64,000 nt of DNA, taken from an uncultured Gemmatimonadaceae bacterium. GTDB lineage: Bacteria; Gemmatimonadota; Gemmatimonadetes; Gemmatimonadales; Gemmatimonadaceae. The notes under the pieces were generated by a model. The model did no database searches, was not told where the DNA came from, and saw only the letters and a program-made list of their open reading frames with translations. Below are positions 49,817 through 59,764 of the stretch, one piece after another; within the stretch, counting starts at the first letter, position 1; each line of letters opens with the position of its first letter. The position numbers were made by a program, and so were the translations under genes. Where the stretch lies: contig CAWAGQ010000004.1 of NCBI GenBank assembly GCA_963781585.1, positions 832,001 through 896,000 of the forward strand. The letters are read 5' to 3'.

Positions 49817-51646
49817 GTGCTGCAGCAAATGCGGAGCGCCGCAAAATGGATCTGGTTGTTCGTTGTCGCCTTCTTCGTGGGCGGCTTCCTGCTCTTTCAG
49901 ACGTCAGGCCTCATGGGCCGCGAGAAGGTTACCTCCTCGACCGTGGTTGCGACGGTCAACGGCGTCGACATACCGTATCTGACGTGGGCGAACCTCTCAA
50001 ATAGCCTCGCCCAGCAACAGGAAGCATCGACGGGACATGCACTTACGCTTGACGGGCGGCACCAGGTCGAGGACCAGGCGTTCGAGCAGCTCGTGTCGAA
50101 TATCGTGCTCGAGCAGGAGTACCGCCGCCGTGGAATCCGGGTCAGCGACGACGAGGTGATCCAGGCGGCTCAGCTGAGTCCACCGCCGGAAATCGTCCAG
50201 AACCCCGAATTCCAGACGGACGGTCGGTTCGACATCGACAAGTGGCAGCGGTTTCTCAAGAGTCCGGCGGCCCGCCAGGGTAACGTCCTGCTTTCGCTCG
50301 AGGACTATTATCGCAACGAGATCCCGCGGTCCAAGCTGTTCGACCAGATCGCGAGTGACGTCTACGTCTCTGACGCCAAGCTCTGGAGCGTCTATCGCGA
50401 TGGGCACGATTCGGCGCAGGTGAGCTACGTCACATTCGACGCCTCGGCGTTGCCGGACAGCGGCGTTCAGGTCACCGACGAGGAGATCCGGCAATACTAC
50501 GAACGCAACAAGAAGCGCTTTGAGCGCGGCGGGCGCGCCATTGTCAGTCTTCTCACCATCCCCCGCAGCATCTCTGCCGCCGACAGCGCCGCGGCACGCG
50601 CCAGGACGCTCGAGCTTCGCGACGAGATCGTGAAGGGGGCCGCATTCGAAGACGTGGCCCGTCGCGAATCGGCCGACAGCGCGTCGGCCACACAGGGCGG
50701 CCTGCTGGGAGTGTTGGCCCGCGGACGCTTTGTACCCGAGTTCGAGAAGGCGGCCTTCGCCCTCAAGCCCGGCGAGCTCTCGCAGCCGGTGCTAACCAGC
50801 TTCGGATATCACCTGATTCGGGTCGAACCGCACAAGGGCGATTCCACCACGGTCTCTCACATTCTCGTTCGCATCACGCAGAACGACTCGTCAGCGGTGG
50901 CGACCGATCGGATGGCGGATACGCTCGCACGCATCGCAGCATCCAGCACCGAGTCGTCGCACTTCGACAGCGCAGCCAAGGTGCTCGGGCTCAGGCCGGA
51001 GATCGTGCAGGCGTACGAGGGGCAACCCCTTCTTGGCGCGCATGGTGTGGTGCCGAGCGTGAGTGCCTGGGCGTTCTCAGGGGTGCGGGTCGGTGAGACA
51101 AGCGACCTGTATGACTCGGACGACGGGTACTTTCTCGCGCGGCTCGACACGCTGTACGAAGGAGGCACCGCGCCGCTCGACGAAGTCCGCGGCGACATTC
51201 GTGCCGCCCTGGCACGTCGCAGAAAGGCGGAATCCCTGGTGCCGAAGGCCAGCGAGTTGGCGAAGGCGGCCTCGTCTACCAGCCTCGAGGCGGCCGCGAA
51301 ATCACACGATGTTCAGGTCACGAAGAGCCCGATGTTCTCCCGTAGCATGACCGTTCCCGGGCTCGGCCGACTGAACGAGGCGATTGGAGCGGCGTTCACG
51401 CTGCCTGTCGGTGTCGTGAGCGCTCCCGTGGTTACCAATGACGCTGTGTACGTAATGCGTGTGGACAAGCGGGTGAACGCGAGCCGCGACGAATGGGAGA
51501 AGCAGAAGACGGTTCAGCGCAGTCAATTGACCGAGGCTCTGCGCCAAACGCGCCTCAGGGACTACCTGGACGGCCTTCGCAAGCACGCCGACGTCAAGGA
51601 CAAGCGCAAAGCCCTGAACGCCGCCGCCCGTGAGCAGGGGTCCTGA
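49817..51646 (+). CDS. PpiD/SurA-type parvulin peptidyl-prolyl isomerase
   Basis: N-terminal TM (M.Q.MR), SurA_N region, and rotamase motifs F...A...S.D..SA..GG.LG, F.PEFE..AF and FGYH.I. Confidence 0.9.
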   Translation: MLQQMRSAAKWIWLFVVAFFVGGFLLFQTSGLMGREKVTSSTVVATVNGVDIPYLTWANLSNSLAQQQEASTGHALTLDGRHQVEDQAFEQLVSNIVLEQEYRRRGIRVSDDEVIQAAQLSPPPEIVQNPEFQTDGRFDIDKWQRFLKSPAARQGNVLLSLEDYYRNEIPRSKLFDQIASDVYVSDAKLWSVYRDGHDSAQVSYVTFDASALPDSGVQVTDEEIRQYYERNKKRFERGGRAIVSLLTIPRSISAADSAAARARTLELRDEIVKGAAFEDVARRESADSASATQGGLLGVLARGRFVPEFEKAAFALKPGELSQPVLTSFGYHLIRVEPHKGDSTTVSHILVRITQNDSSAVATDRMADTLARIAASSTESSHFDSAAKVLGLRPEIVQAYEGQPLLGAHGVVPSVSAWAFSGVRVGETSDLYDSDDGYFLARLDTLYEGGTAPLDEVRGDIRAALARRRKAESLVPKASELAKAASSTSLEAAAKSHDVQVTKSPMFSRSMTVPGLGRLNEAIGAAFTLPVGVVSAPVVTNDAVYVMRVDKRVNASRDEWEKQKTVQRSQLTEALRQTRLRDYLDGLRKHADVKDKRKALNAAAREQGS

Positions 51647-51675
51647 CCCGAAATCCGAAACGCCCCGAACGAACC

Positions 51676-51706
51676 AACGCCCGTCGGTAACCCGACGGGC
51701 GTTTTT
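51676..51706 (+). terminator. Intrinsic terminator between convergent genes
   Basis: AACGCCCGTCGG-TAAC-CCGACGGGCGTT-TTT. Confidence 0.88.
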
Positions 51707-51775
51707 CCTCCCCTCACGACTCGGAGACCGGCGAAAAGGCCGGTACTCACAAACGCGGTCCCGGGACTGCCGCGC

Positions 51776-52030
51776 TCAACCCAGAAGCCGCTTCGGCTCC
51801 GGTCTCGACTCCTCTTCCTGCTGGACCACCGGATCCCGATCGGGAAGCCGATCCGCCCGCGAATCTCCTTCGCGAATGGAGCGATCCACGTCGCTGATCC
51901 CGCGCTTGAATTCCTTGATGCTCTTCCCGAACGAAGATCCGATCTCGGGCAGCCGCTTTGCTCCGAAGAGGAGCAACACCACCACGAGAATGAGGAGGAT
52001 CTCCATGAATCCCAGATTGCCGAAGTTCAT
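51776..52030 (-). CDS. tatA: Twin-arginine translocase TatA/E subunit
   Basis: G..E...I....LLLFG.KRLPE.G...GK.I.EFK. Confidence 0.93.
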   Translation of the reverse strand: MNFGNLGFMEILLILVVVLLLFGAKRLPEIGSSFGKSIKEFKRGISDVDRSIREGDSRADRLPDRDPVVQQEEESRPEPKRLLG

Positions 52031-52039
52031 ACGCCTCTC

Positions 52040-52321
52040 CTAGAAGAGCGATCGCGCGATCAGGTAGGCGATCAGTACCCCGACCAGACTCAGTAGCGAC
52101 ACGTCGAGGGCGATGGGCCCCAACGCGAACTTCAAGATAATCAAGTCTACCTGAATCGGACCTAACTGGGGATGTACTCCCGTGGTCATGAATTCCTTTA
52201 CAGCCCCAACCGGCAGGAACTTGCGGGCAAAGTGGGTCATGAAGCCACCCACGATGAAGCCTATGGAGAGCACCACGGCATGGAAGAGGGGGCGCCGCCT
52301 GGTCGAGCCCTTGTTGATCAT
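52040..52321 (-). CDS. Small membrane protein (DUF4321-like)
   Basis: 93 aa with two hydrophobic segments around a P...DL...F..G.....S..S..G pattern; family recalled, not searched. Confidence 0.6.
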   Translation of the reverse strand: MINKGSTRRRPLFHAVVLSIGFIVGGFMTHFARKFLPVGAVKEFMTTGVHPQLGPIQVDLIILKFALGPIALDVSLLSLVGVLIAYLIARSLF

Positions 52322-53325
52322 CAGGATCGCCTATCCATGACGTAGCCAATCGTGTCGTAAAGTGCGCTCCGGCACGTCGAGTCGGGAAGGGTCGCCAGCG
52401 CTTCCTCCGCACGCGCCGCGTACTCTTCTCCCCGCCGGCGCGCGGCGTCCAGTCCCCCCAGGTCCCGCACGATCTCCACGACCGCCGCGATCTGCTCATC
52501 CCCGGGCTCTGGCGACGCGAAGAGGCCATCCACGACGCTTCGGGCACCCCGGGACATGCGCGGAAGGGCCGCGATCAGTGGCAAGGTCACCTTGTGCTCC
52601 CGGAGATCGAGCCCCGCGGGCTTCCCCAGCGTTTCGGCGGCCTCCGTATAGTCGAGCAGGTCATCCACCACTTGAAAAGCCATGCCCAGGTGACTCCCGA
52701 AGGCGGCCAGCTGTTCGCGAAATGCCACGGCGCCGCACAGGGCTCCAACCTCGCATGCCGCTGAGAACAGGGCAGCCGTCTTTGCCCGAATCAGGAATTC
52801 GTAGTCCTCGTCGGAGAACGCCAATGCGTCGAGGCACGACAGTTGACGCATCTCGCCAACAGTGAGTTCATTCGACGCTTTCGCGAAAACGCGCAGGGCC
52901 TCGAGATCCGCCAGCCGCACCAGCTCCTGCACGGCGCGGGAGTACAGGAAATCGCCCGCGATGACCGCCACCTCATGGGTGAACATCGAATTGATCGTCG
53001 GCATGCCGCGACGCAGCACGGAGTGATCAACTGCGTCGTCATGCACCAGCGTAGCGAGGTGAATCAGCTCGACAACCGCGGCGTGCGCCGAGGCCCTGGG
53101 CTCGGCTACTCCCTCGACGCCGCTGGACAACAGCAGGAGCGTGGGGCGCAGCATCTTGCCCCTGACGAGCAGGAGGTGCTCGTTCACGCCGCGGAACAGT
53201 TCGCCATCGACCGCGACAATGCGCCACATCTCCGCGGGCACCCGGGACAGGGCGGCCGAAACAGAGCCCTGAATGTCGCCGAGGGACACAGCGCCCGCAG
53301 CCGGCGTGCGGATGCGCGCCGTCAC
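52321..53325 (-). CDS. Polyprenyl diphosphate synthase (IspB-like)
   Basis: GK.LRP, ELIH.ATL.HDD..D...RRG, KTA.LF and AFQ..DD.LD. Confidence 0.93.
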   Translation of the reverse strand: MTARIRTPAAGAVSLGDIQGSVSAALSRVPAEMWRIVAVDGELFRGVNEHLLLVRGKMLRPTLLLLSSGVEGVAEPRASAHAAVVELIHLATLVHDDAVDHSVLRRGMPTINSMFTHEVAVIAGDFLYSRAVQELVRLADLEALRVFAKASNELTVGEMRQLSCLDALAFSDEDYEFLIRAKTAALFSAACEVGALCGAVAFREQLAAFGSHLGMAFQVVDDLLDYTEAAETLGKPAGLDLREHKVTLPLIAALPRMSRGARSVVDGLFASPEPGDEQIAAVVEIVRDLGGLDAARRRGEEYAARAEEALATLPDSTCRSALYDTIGYVMDRRS

Positions 53326-56300
53326 TTCGCTAGTTGCTCCATTGCGGACACGCGTTGAGTGATGTCACGGAACTCGAGGTCGATGGCAAACACCCGTTGA
53401 TAATAACGCAGGGCGTCCTCGTGGCGACCCATCTGCTCGCTGGCGAATCCGAGGAGGTACAGCACGCCAACCAACTGCTGCTCATCCGTGCCCTGGACAC
53501 TGATGGCTCGCTGCAGCAGAGCGGTCGCAATGGGATACTGCGTCTTCTCAACGAAGCACTGGCCAAGTGCCTCATATGCGCGGATGGAGTTGCTACTGCC
53601 GCGGAGGGCCTTCTGGAACTCAGCAATGGCCTCGTCCACCAGGCCCATTTCCTTGAACGCGACCCCCAGGTCGTAGTGGGCCTGATAGTCTTCGGCGTCG
53701 ACGTTCTCCGCGAGACCGCGCTTGAACCGACGCAGCAACTCGTCGAAATCCGCCTGCTCGTCGCCGGTGGGTCTGGAGTCGTCGACCACCATTCGCGTCG
53801 ATCGCGTCGGCTCGGTAGTGCGCAGCCACTCACCAAGATCGAGAAAGTCGCCGCCGTTTGCATCGCTGGGTGCCAGCAACGGGGCGCGGTTGAGGATCGG
53901 AGTGTCATGACGAACCTCCGCTCCCCGGCGCGACGGTGCCTCGGCAGCGTCCTCAGCGGGGACTGTTGTCACGTCCCCGTTGCTCGCCAATACCGCGGAT
54001 TCAGCCTCGGCGACCTCGCCTGAGGGTTCGGACGGCGCCTGCTCGTCCGCGCCGCGCTTCCCGTCCACGGTCGCGCCGGCGTCCGCTGCAACAGCTTCCT
54101 CCTCACCGGCCCCGGTCTCAGCGCTACGAAAGCCGACTTGCTCGGCCGCTTCCATCGCCTCCGGGGAGGCTTCCGCTGCCCGCTCCGGCTCGTCGGGACT
54201 CGCGCCCAGACTCTCCACGGGTTCCCCGAGGCTCTCTCGCGTCAATCCGTCCGCCATGGCGGGCGCTTCGATTTCTACCGACGGCTGCTCAGCGTCCACT
54301 GCGCGCAGGCGCCAGTCGTCTGCTGCCGCGTCCTGCGGTTCGGCGGCCGCGTTGCTGGGCTCCGCCTCGACTCGGGGCGACTCATCTGCGTCGGCGCTGG
54401 ACTGTGCGCCATCGACCGACAGCGGAGGCGCCTCGGGTAGTTCGACCGCTGCACCCGGCGAATCCGGTGCGTCGGTAGCCAGGTGCGTGAAGTCGACCGC
54501 CTCCACGCCCCATTCGGATGGTTCGGTCTCGTCACGCGTGGACTCACTTGCGTCGGCGGCGGGGGGCGAGCTGTCGACCGACGCGGGGCGCGATGCCGGG
54601 GCGGCATCGGAGCCTTCTTCTTCGCGCGCCGTTGGCTCGGCGGCTTCGGGCGCCTGCAGACTATAGGAGCCTTCTTCTTCGCGCGCCGGTGGCTCGGCGG
54701 CTTCGGGCGCCTGCAGGCTGCTGTCTGGTTCTGTGATCCTCAGAGACGTGGCCGTCTCTTCGCTGCCCACTGTCGACTCTGCATCGGCGCCCGAAGCCTC
54801 GCGCACGTCGTCCAGAGTCGCGTCGTCGTCCGTCTCGGACCCGTCCCGCATGGTTGGCGGCTCGGGTGGCCGCACGAAAGCACCGCCTTCCGGAATCGAG
54901 TCGAGCTCCTGCGACCATCCCGGCTGGTTCAGCGTGCCGCGCATCTGCTCGAGTTGATCCGGCGCCAGCGTCGCCATTGCGAAGAGCGCCCGGTCATTGT
55001 TCGGGTTGAGCTCGAGCACCCGTGTGTAGACCGTGATCGACCGATCGCCGGCTCCCGTGCGAAACAGCGTGTCGGCGAGCTCGAGGTACGCATCGATGAG
55101 ACGCGGCCGGTCATGCGAACGAACCGCGAACTCCACCCGCTTCTGGTGGTGTCGCACGGATGTCGGAAGAACGCGGATTATCTCATCCACAATCTCCTGG
55201 GCATGCTCGAGCTGCCCGGAGAGCTCGTAGCCGGCCATTGCGAGTTCGAGCTCGTACAGTCCCTCGTCGCGATTCCCCACATCGAGGAGCGCTTCACCAA
55301 GCTGCCTCCGCAACATCCAGTTCTCTGGATCGAGGTCGAGCCGGCTGCGGAGTTGTCCCTCTGCTCCGCCGAACGACGCCACGAGACGCGGTTCCCGGGA
55401 TGGTTCCCTGGGACCAGTGGCATCGGATGGTTCGACTGAATCCTCCGTTCCCGATGATTCAGTAGGCACCTCCGGAGTCGGGCTTTCCGGCGAGTCTATC
55501 AGTCCCTGGAAGCCGTCCGGCAGCGGTGCCTCGACGCGTTCCTCGCTGGCGTCGTCGGAATCTTCCTGGAGGCGAGCATGATCCGGCTCCTCATCGGCCA
55601 CGCGCGCCGAATCGCCGTCGCGCCTCCGGTCGCGGAGGAGCTTTCGGCGATTACGGCGACTGGTCTTCCCTTCAAGTGGCGCCGCGGCCTCGGAGAGCAC
55701 TTCGTCTGACAGTCCCGGAATTGGCGGAAATACCGGGCCGTCGGTGACGTCCTCTTCGCCGAACGAGGGCGACGCACCCAGCAGCTCGTCCGCGTTCCCC
55801 ACCTGAACGCCGTCGACGGGTGATGCTTCGGAGGTGTCGACGGACTCCGAGTTCTCCATCGTCAGATCGGGCGACGAGGGGTCCGTTTGATGGTCGCGAG
55901 CTGCATCGTCAAAGCTCACGCCGAGTGGCGTCTCCTCGACCGCCCCCGCGTTGAGTACCTCCGACAAGCCGGTGTTCTCATCCTCGAGCGCCGCCTCCTC
56001 TCGCGCGAGTTCCGCGTCCGATGGCGCACGGAACGGGCTGGTGGCCTCGACTGCTTCTTCGTTGGACTCGATGGACTCCGACTCGGGCGGTGTACCCATC
56101 GCAGGCGGAGCGCCCAGATGTGGCAGGTCCGTCAGAAGCGCCAAGTCGTGTGTGCGGGGCTCCGACGAGCGGACAGCTTCCGCCAACTCGAGGTCGGCGA
56201 ACTCGATTCCGGTCAGGACGGACTGGCCCGCAGCGTTGAGGGGGAGGCTGCCGTTCGCTTCGACGCGTGCCGGTGTCTCCAGTTCCGCGACGTCCGTCGC

Positions 56301-57356
56301 GTCCGCGGGAGCCTCGACAAGCGAGCCCTCCGAAGCGTCGCCTGCGGCGTCGAAATCCACCGGGGTGGGAGCGGGCACGGCCTCGAACTCTCCGGTTCGT
56401 TCCGTGACGCCCGAGGGAATGTCCAGCGACGCCGCTTCCGCGGCCAGATCAGTGGCCTGGAACCCGGCGGCCACCTCCATCTCGATGGCGGCGGGCGGCT
56501 CGTCCGCGGGCGGAACGGACATTGCCGCCGGGGTCTCCGCCGGGTGCTCGCTCTCGGAGCCCGGCAGAAAGGTGAGCATCAGCCCTTCCAGCGCGGGTAC
56601 ATTGGGCTGGATGACCGGGGTGACAGGTCGGGCCGCCGGCGGCGTATTCACCATTGTCGGCGACCGGCCCTCGGCCTCCGAGAGGTCGAGGAATACGAGA
56701 TCGTTCGGTCGCTGGGTCCGATGGGTGCCTGACGAGCGGGGAAGTACGCTGGGGTCGATCGCCTTCATCCGATCGACGGTCGCGCGGGCCTCGGCGCTGC
56801 GGCCTTCGCTCTCGAGCTTTTCGTACAGGGACTGCAGTTGCTCGAGGGCTTCGTCCTTCCGGTTTTCCTTCGAGAGCTGTTCGGCGAGGATCAGCCGGAC
56901 ATCATCCTGATCGGGGAACAGCGACGCGAACTCCTTGAGGACGCGGAGAGCCTCGTCGGTATTTCCGCCGCGTTGCATACGGTCGGCGTACTCGAGAAAG
57001 TTCTTGCGGGCGTCACTCTTGAAACCCTTGCTCGCGCTGATCTTCCCGAGCTTGTAGTAGACCGCGGTTCGTCCGGGCGACTGCCGCAGGATCTTGTTAC
57101 AGAGCGCGATGGCATTGTTGAGATAGCCGCGCTCCGCGTACATGTCCACGGCGCGCTCATAATAGCCGAGCGCATCGCTCGTTCGTCCCTGCCGCATCAG
57201 CAGATCGCCGACGCGGTTGAACAGAGGCACATCGGCGTCATCCAGGTCGTGCGAGTTGTCATCGAGCACCTGGATGTACAGCTCGAGGGCCTTGTCGAGC
57301 TGACGCTTTTGCTCGTACTCCGCTGCGCGCTTCCTGAGCTTCGGCAGCATGGACAT
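53322..57356 (-). CDS. Very large TPR protein with acidic disordered linkers (SgmX-like architecture)
   Basis: Three TPR clusters. The C-terminal one contains FK..L...V...D...HYDLG.AFKEMGL.DEAI.EFQ. Confidence 0.8.
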   Translation of the reverse strand: MSMLPKLRKRAAEYEQKRQLDKALELYIQVLDDNSHDLDDADVPLFNRVGDLLMRQGRTSDALGYYERAVDMYAERGYLNNAIALCNKILRQSPGRTAVYYKLGKISASKGFKSDARKNFLEYADRMQRGGNTDEALRVLKEFASLFPDQDDVRLILAEQLSKENRKDEALEQLQSLYEKLESEGRSAEARATVDRMKAIDPSVLPRSSGTHRTQRPNDLVFLDLSEAEGRSPTMVNTPPAARPVTPVIQPNVPALEGLMLTFLPGSESEHPAETPAAMSVPPADEPPAAIEMEVAAGFQATDLAAEAASLDIPSGVTERTGEFEAVPAPTPVDFDAAGDASEGSLVEAPADATDVAELETPARVEANGSLPLNAAGQSVLTGIEFADLELAEAVRSSEPRTHDLALLTDLPHLGAPPAMGTPPESESIESNEEAVEATSPFRAPSDAELAREEAALEDENTGLSEVLNAGAVEETPLGVSFDDAARDHQTDPSSPDLTMENSESVDTSEASPVDGVQVGNADELLGASPSFGEEDVTDGPVFPPIPGLSDEVLSEAAAPLEGKTSRRNRRKLLRDRRRDGDSARVADEEPDHARLQEDSDDASEERVEAPLPDGFQGLIDSPESPTPEVPTESSGTEDSVEPSDATGPREPSREPRLVASFGGAEGQLRSRLDLDPENWMLRRQLGEALLDVGNRDEGLYELELAMAGYELSGQLEHAQEIVDEIIRVLPTSVRHHQKRVEFAVRSHDRPRLIDAYLELADTLFRTGAGDRSITVYTRVLELNPNNDRALFAMATLAPDQLEQMRGTLNQPGWSQELDSIPEGGAFVRPPEPPTMRDGSETDDDATLDDVREASGADAESTVGSEETATSLRITEPDSSLQAPEAAEPPAREEEGSYSLQAPEAAEPTAREEEGSDAAPASRPASVDSSPPAADASESTRDETEPSEWGVEAVDFTHLATDAPDSPGAAVELPEAPPLSVDGAQSSADADESPRVEAEPSNAAAEPQDAAADDWRLRAVDAEQPSVEIEAPAMADGLTRESLGEPVESLGASPDEPERAAEASPEAMEAAEQVGFRSAETGAGEEEAVAADAGATVDGKRGADEQAPSEPSGEVAEAESAVLASNGDVTTVPAEDAAEAPSRRGAEVRHDTPILNRAPLLAPSDANGGDFLDLGEWLRTTEPTRSTRMVVDDSRPTGDEQADFDELLRRFKRGLAENVDAEDYQAHYDLGVAFKEMGLVDEAIAEFQKALRGSSNSIRAYEALGQCFVEKTQYPIATALLQRAISVQGTDEQQLVGVLYLLGFASEQMGRHEDALRYYQRVFAIDLEFRDITQRVSAMEQLAK
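54609..54719. repeat. Coding tandem duplication, 57 nt x2 (SLQAPEAAEP[P/T]AREEEGS)
   Basis: Near-identical units starting at 54609 and 54666. Confidence 0.9.
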
Positions 57357-57423
57357 CAGGCCGCTCCGCGCTGACGGGCACTGGAGGCGGATAACCCGCG
57401 ATGGAGCACGAAACGCAACAGTT

Positions 57424-58710
57424 TCACGTGGCGGTGTGCCCCGGCTCGCCGCGGACCCACGTGGCACGGCAGCGGCGGTCACCGTACCAGTACGGTATCT
57501 CCCGCACGTCTTCGCATTCGAAGAGCGCGAGGTCGGCGGAGAAGCCCGGGGCGATCTGCCCGGTCTCCTGCGCCAGATCGAGAGCGGCTGCGCCGTTCAC
57601 GGTGGCAGCGAGCACGGCTTCAGCGGCGGAAAAGTGGAGTTGGCTCACGGCGAGAGCGAGAATCAGCGGAAAATTCGGCGTCGGTGAAGTTCCCGGATTG
57701 AAGTCCGTCGCAAGCGCAACCGCGGCGCCCGCGTCCAGCAGCGCGCGCGCGGGCGCCTGTTTGTTCTTGCCCAGAAACAGCATGGTACCTGGAAGGAGCG
57801 TGGCGACCGTTGCCGATGCCGCCAGCGCGCGCACACCACCATCCGAGATGGCCGCCAGGTGGTCCGCGGACGTCGCCCCCATCTCGGCGGCGAGCTCCGC
57901 TCCGCCGGAAGGTTGCAACTCGTCGGCGTGGAGCTTGAGGCCAAGCCCCGCGGTCCGCGCCGCCAAGAGTATCGTCCGCGTTTCTTCAACTGTGAACACG
58001 CCCGGCTCGCAGAACACATCCACGAAGCGCGCGAGATCGGCAGCCGCCACCTGCGGAACCATCTCATGGACGAGCAACCCAACGTAATCGGAACGGCCGC
58101 CAGAAGTTGCGCGCGCCTCCTGCGGGATCTCGTGCGCTCCCAGAAAGGTGGGGATCAGTCGGAGCGGCATCGCCTGCTGCAGGCGGGCGAGGACGCGCAG
58201 CATCTTGAGCTCGTCGGGGAGCGTAAGTCCATAGCCGGACTTGACTTCTATGGTTGTAGCACCGTAGCTCGCGAGACGTCGCAGTCTCGACCGAGCAAGA
58301 GTGAACAGTTCGTCCTCGGTTCTGTGACGCAGATCGCGAACCGACGCGTGAATCCCGCCACCGCGGCGCGCGATCTCCATGTAGTCGAGTCCCGCCGCCC
58401 GCTGCTCCTGCTCCTCGTGGCGCGGCTTGCCGAAGATGGCGTGCGTGTGCGAGTCCACCAGCCCCGGCATCAGCACGCCGCCGGCGCAGTCGACCTGCTC
58501 CGCCGTTGGAAAACGGTGCGTCATCTCACCCGCCGATCCCACACCGGCGATCCGCGCGCCGACCACCGCGACGGCGGCATCCCTGATCACCGCGGCGTCA
58601 CGCATCTCGGGACCTCGGCGCGCGCGCGGGGGCCCGGCGCAGGTCACCACTTGCGCGGCGTTGACGAAGACAAGCGATCGAGACGGCGCTCCGCCGGCGA
58701 CCGCGCTCAT
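57424..58710 (-). CDS. hutI: Imidazolonepropionase
   Basis: PGL.D.HTH, E.KSGYG, DVFCE, HADE, SADHL and ATDFNPG. Confidence 0.96.
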   Translation of the reverse strand: MSAVAGGAPSRSLVFVNAAQVVTCAGPPRARRGPEMRDAAVIRDAAVAVVGARIAGVGSAGEMTHRFPTAEQVDCAGGVLMPGLVDSHTHAIFGKPRHEEQEQRAAGLDYMEIARRGGGIHASVRDLRHRTEDELFTLARSRLRRLASYGATTIEVKSGYGLTLPDELKMLRVLARLQQAMPLRLIPTFLGAHEIPQEARATSGGRSDYVGLLVHEMVPQVAAADLARFVDVFCEPGVFTVEETRTILLAARTAGLGLKLHADELQPSGGAELAAEMGATSADHLAAISDGGVRALAASATVATLLPGTMLFLGKNKQAPARALLDAGAAVALATDFNPGTSPTPNFPLILALAVSQLHFSAAEAVLAATVNGAAALDLAQETGQIAPGFSADLALFECEDVREIPYWYGDRRCRATWVRGEPGHTAT

Positions 58711-59678
58711 GCCATTACGTCCCGCACGCGCGACAGGCGCAGGGGCGCCTGCGCTTCGCCGCGACACGCGTACCAGCACCGATCACAGTCGATCGGCTCA
58801 TACGCCTTGAACTCCGTCCAGTGAAAGTCCGTGGGAAAGTCGGGACATCGCTTCACACGACCCGACGGATCGATGTGGATGGTCCGAATGCCGGACCGGC
58901 ACGGTTCGCGCATCTCGCCGCGGAGGTATCGGGGAATCTGTTCGAGATAGTAGTCAGAGTTGGTGATCACGCCGCGACGACGACGCTTGAAGTCCAGGAG
59001 CTCGCGTACAACCTCGGAGGCACGATCGATCTGTCCGTTCTGCAGAAGCCAGGTCCGGTTGCCATTCTTGAAGTCGGTGTAGACACTGAAGTTCACGCCG
59101 CACCCGAGCTCCGTCGCAACCCTGACGATCTCCGCAATCTGGTCGAGATTGTCGTTCCGGATCACCGTGTTGAAGCGAATGGCATCGATGCCGTCGGCGC
59201 GCATTGCGGCGACCGTGGACAGGATCTTTGCCGTCAGGCCGCGGATGCCGCGGGCCGCATCGTGTCGCCCGTCCAGGTAGTCGAGCGAAATGTTGAACTG
59301 GCTGATTCCGGCGCGCCACAACGAGCGCGCCCGCTCGACGGTCAGCAGTCCGCCGTGGGTCAGGAGAATGAGGTACTTGATGCGGATCGCCTCGTGGACG
59401 GCACGCACAAGCTGCTCGAGGTCGCGTCGCAGGAGCGGTTCGCCTCCGGTGAACGTCACCATCATCGGGTTGAAGCTCCGCGCCGCGTCCGCGAAGGTCG
59501 CCATCTCGTTCGCTTTCTCCTCCGCCGGGGTCTTCCAGTAGTCGCAGAAGCCGCATCGGGCGTTGCAGCGCAGCGTGACTTCGAAGTTCACGAGTACCGG
59601 GCGCCGGCGAACAGCCAGCCAGGCGTACTTGGCCAGAAACAGTGGGACGTGATAGGGCTTGAACCGGGACGAGAGCAT
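58707..59678 (-). CDS. Radical SAM protein with a C-terminal SPASM/twitch-like Cys cluster, function unknown
   Basis: CNARCGFC and TGGEP; C-terminal C..G.....IDP.G.V..C...C..CW..C. Confidence 0.88.
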   Translation of the reverse strand: MLSSRFKPYHVPLFLAKYAWLAVRRRPVLVNFEVTLRCNARCGFCDYWKTPAEEKANEMATFADAARSFNPMMVTFTGGEPLLRRDLEQLVRAVHEAIRIKYLILLTHGGLLTVERARSLWRAGISQFNISLDYLDGRHDAARGIRGLTAKILSTVAAMRADGIDAIRFNTVIRNDNLDQIAEIVRVATELGCGVNFSVYTDFKNGNRTWLLQNGQIDRASEVVRELLDFKRRRRGVITNSDYYLEQIPRYLRGEMREPCRSGIRTIHIDPSGRVKRCPDFPTDFHWTEFKAYEPIDCDRCWYACRGEAQAPLRLSRVRDVMA

Positions 59679-59764
59679 GGGTTAACCAGGGCGGTGCGAT
59701 GAGAGGAGGCGTTGGCGCGAGAACCGGCGATCACCCGTCCGGCGCCGCGGAGGAGCTGCCGAGT

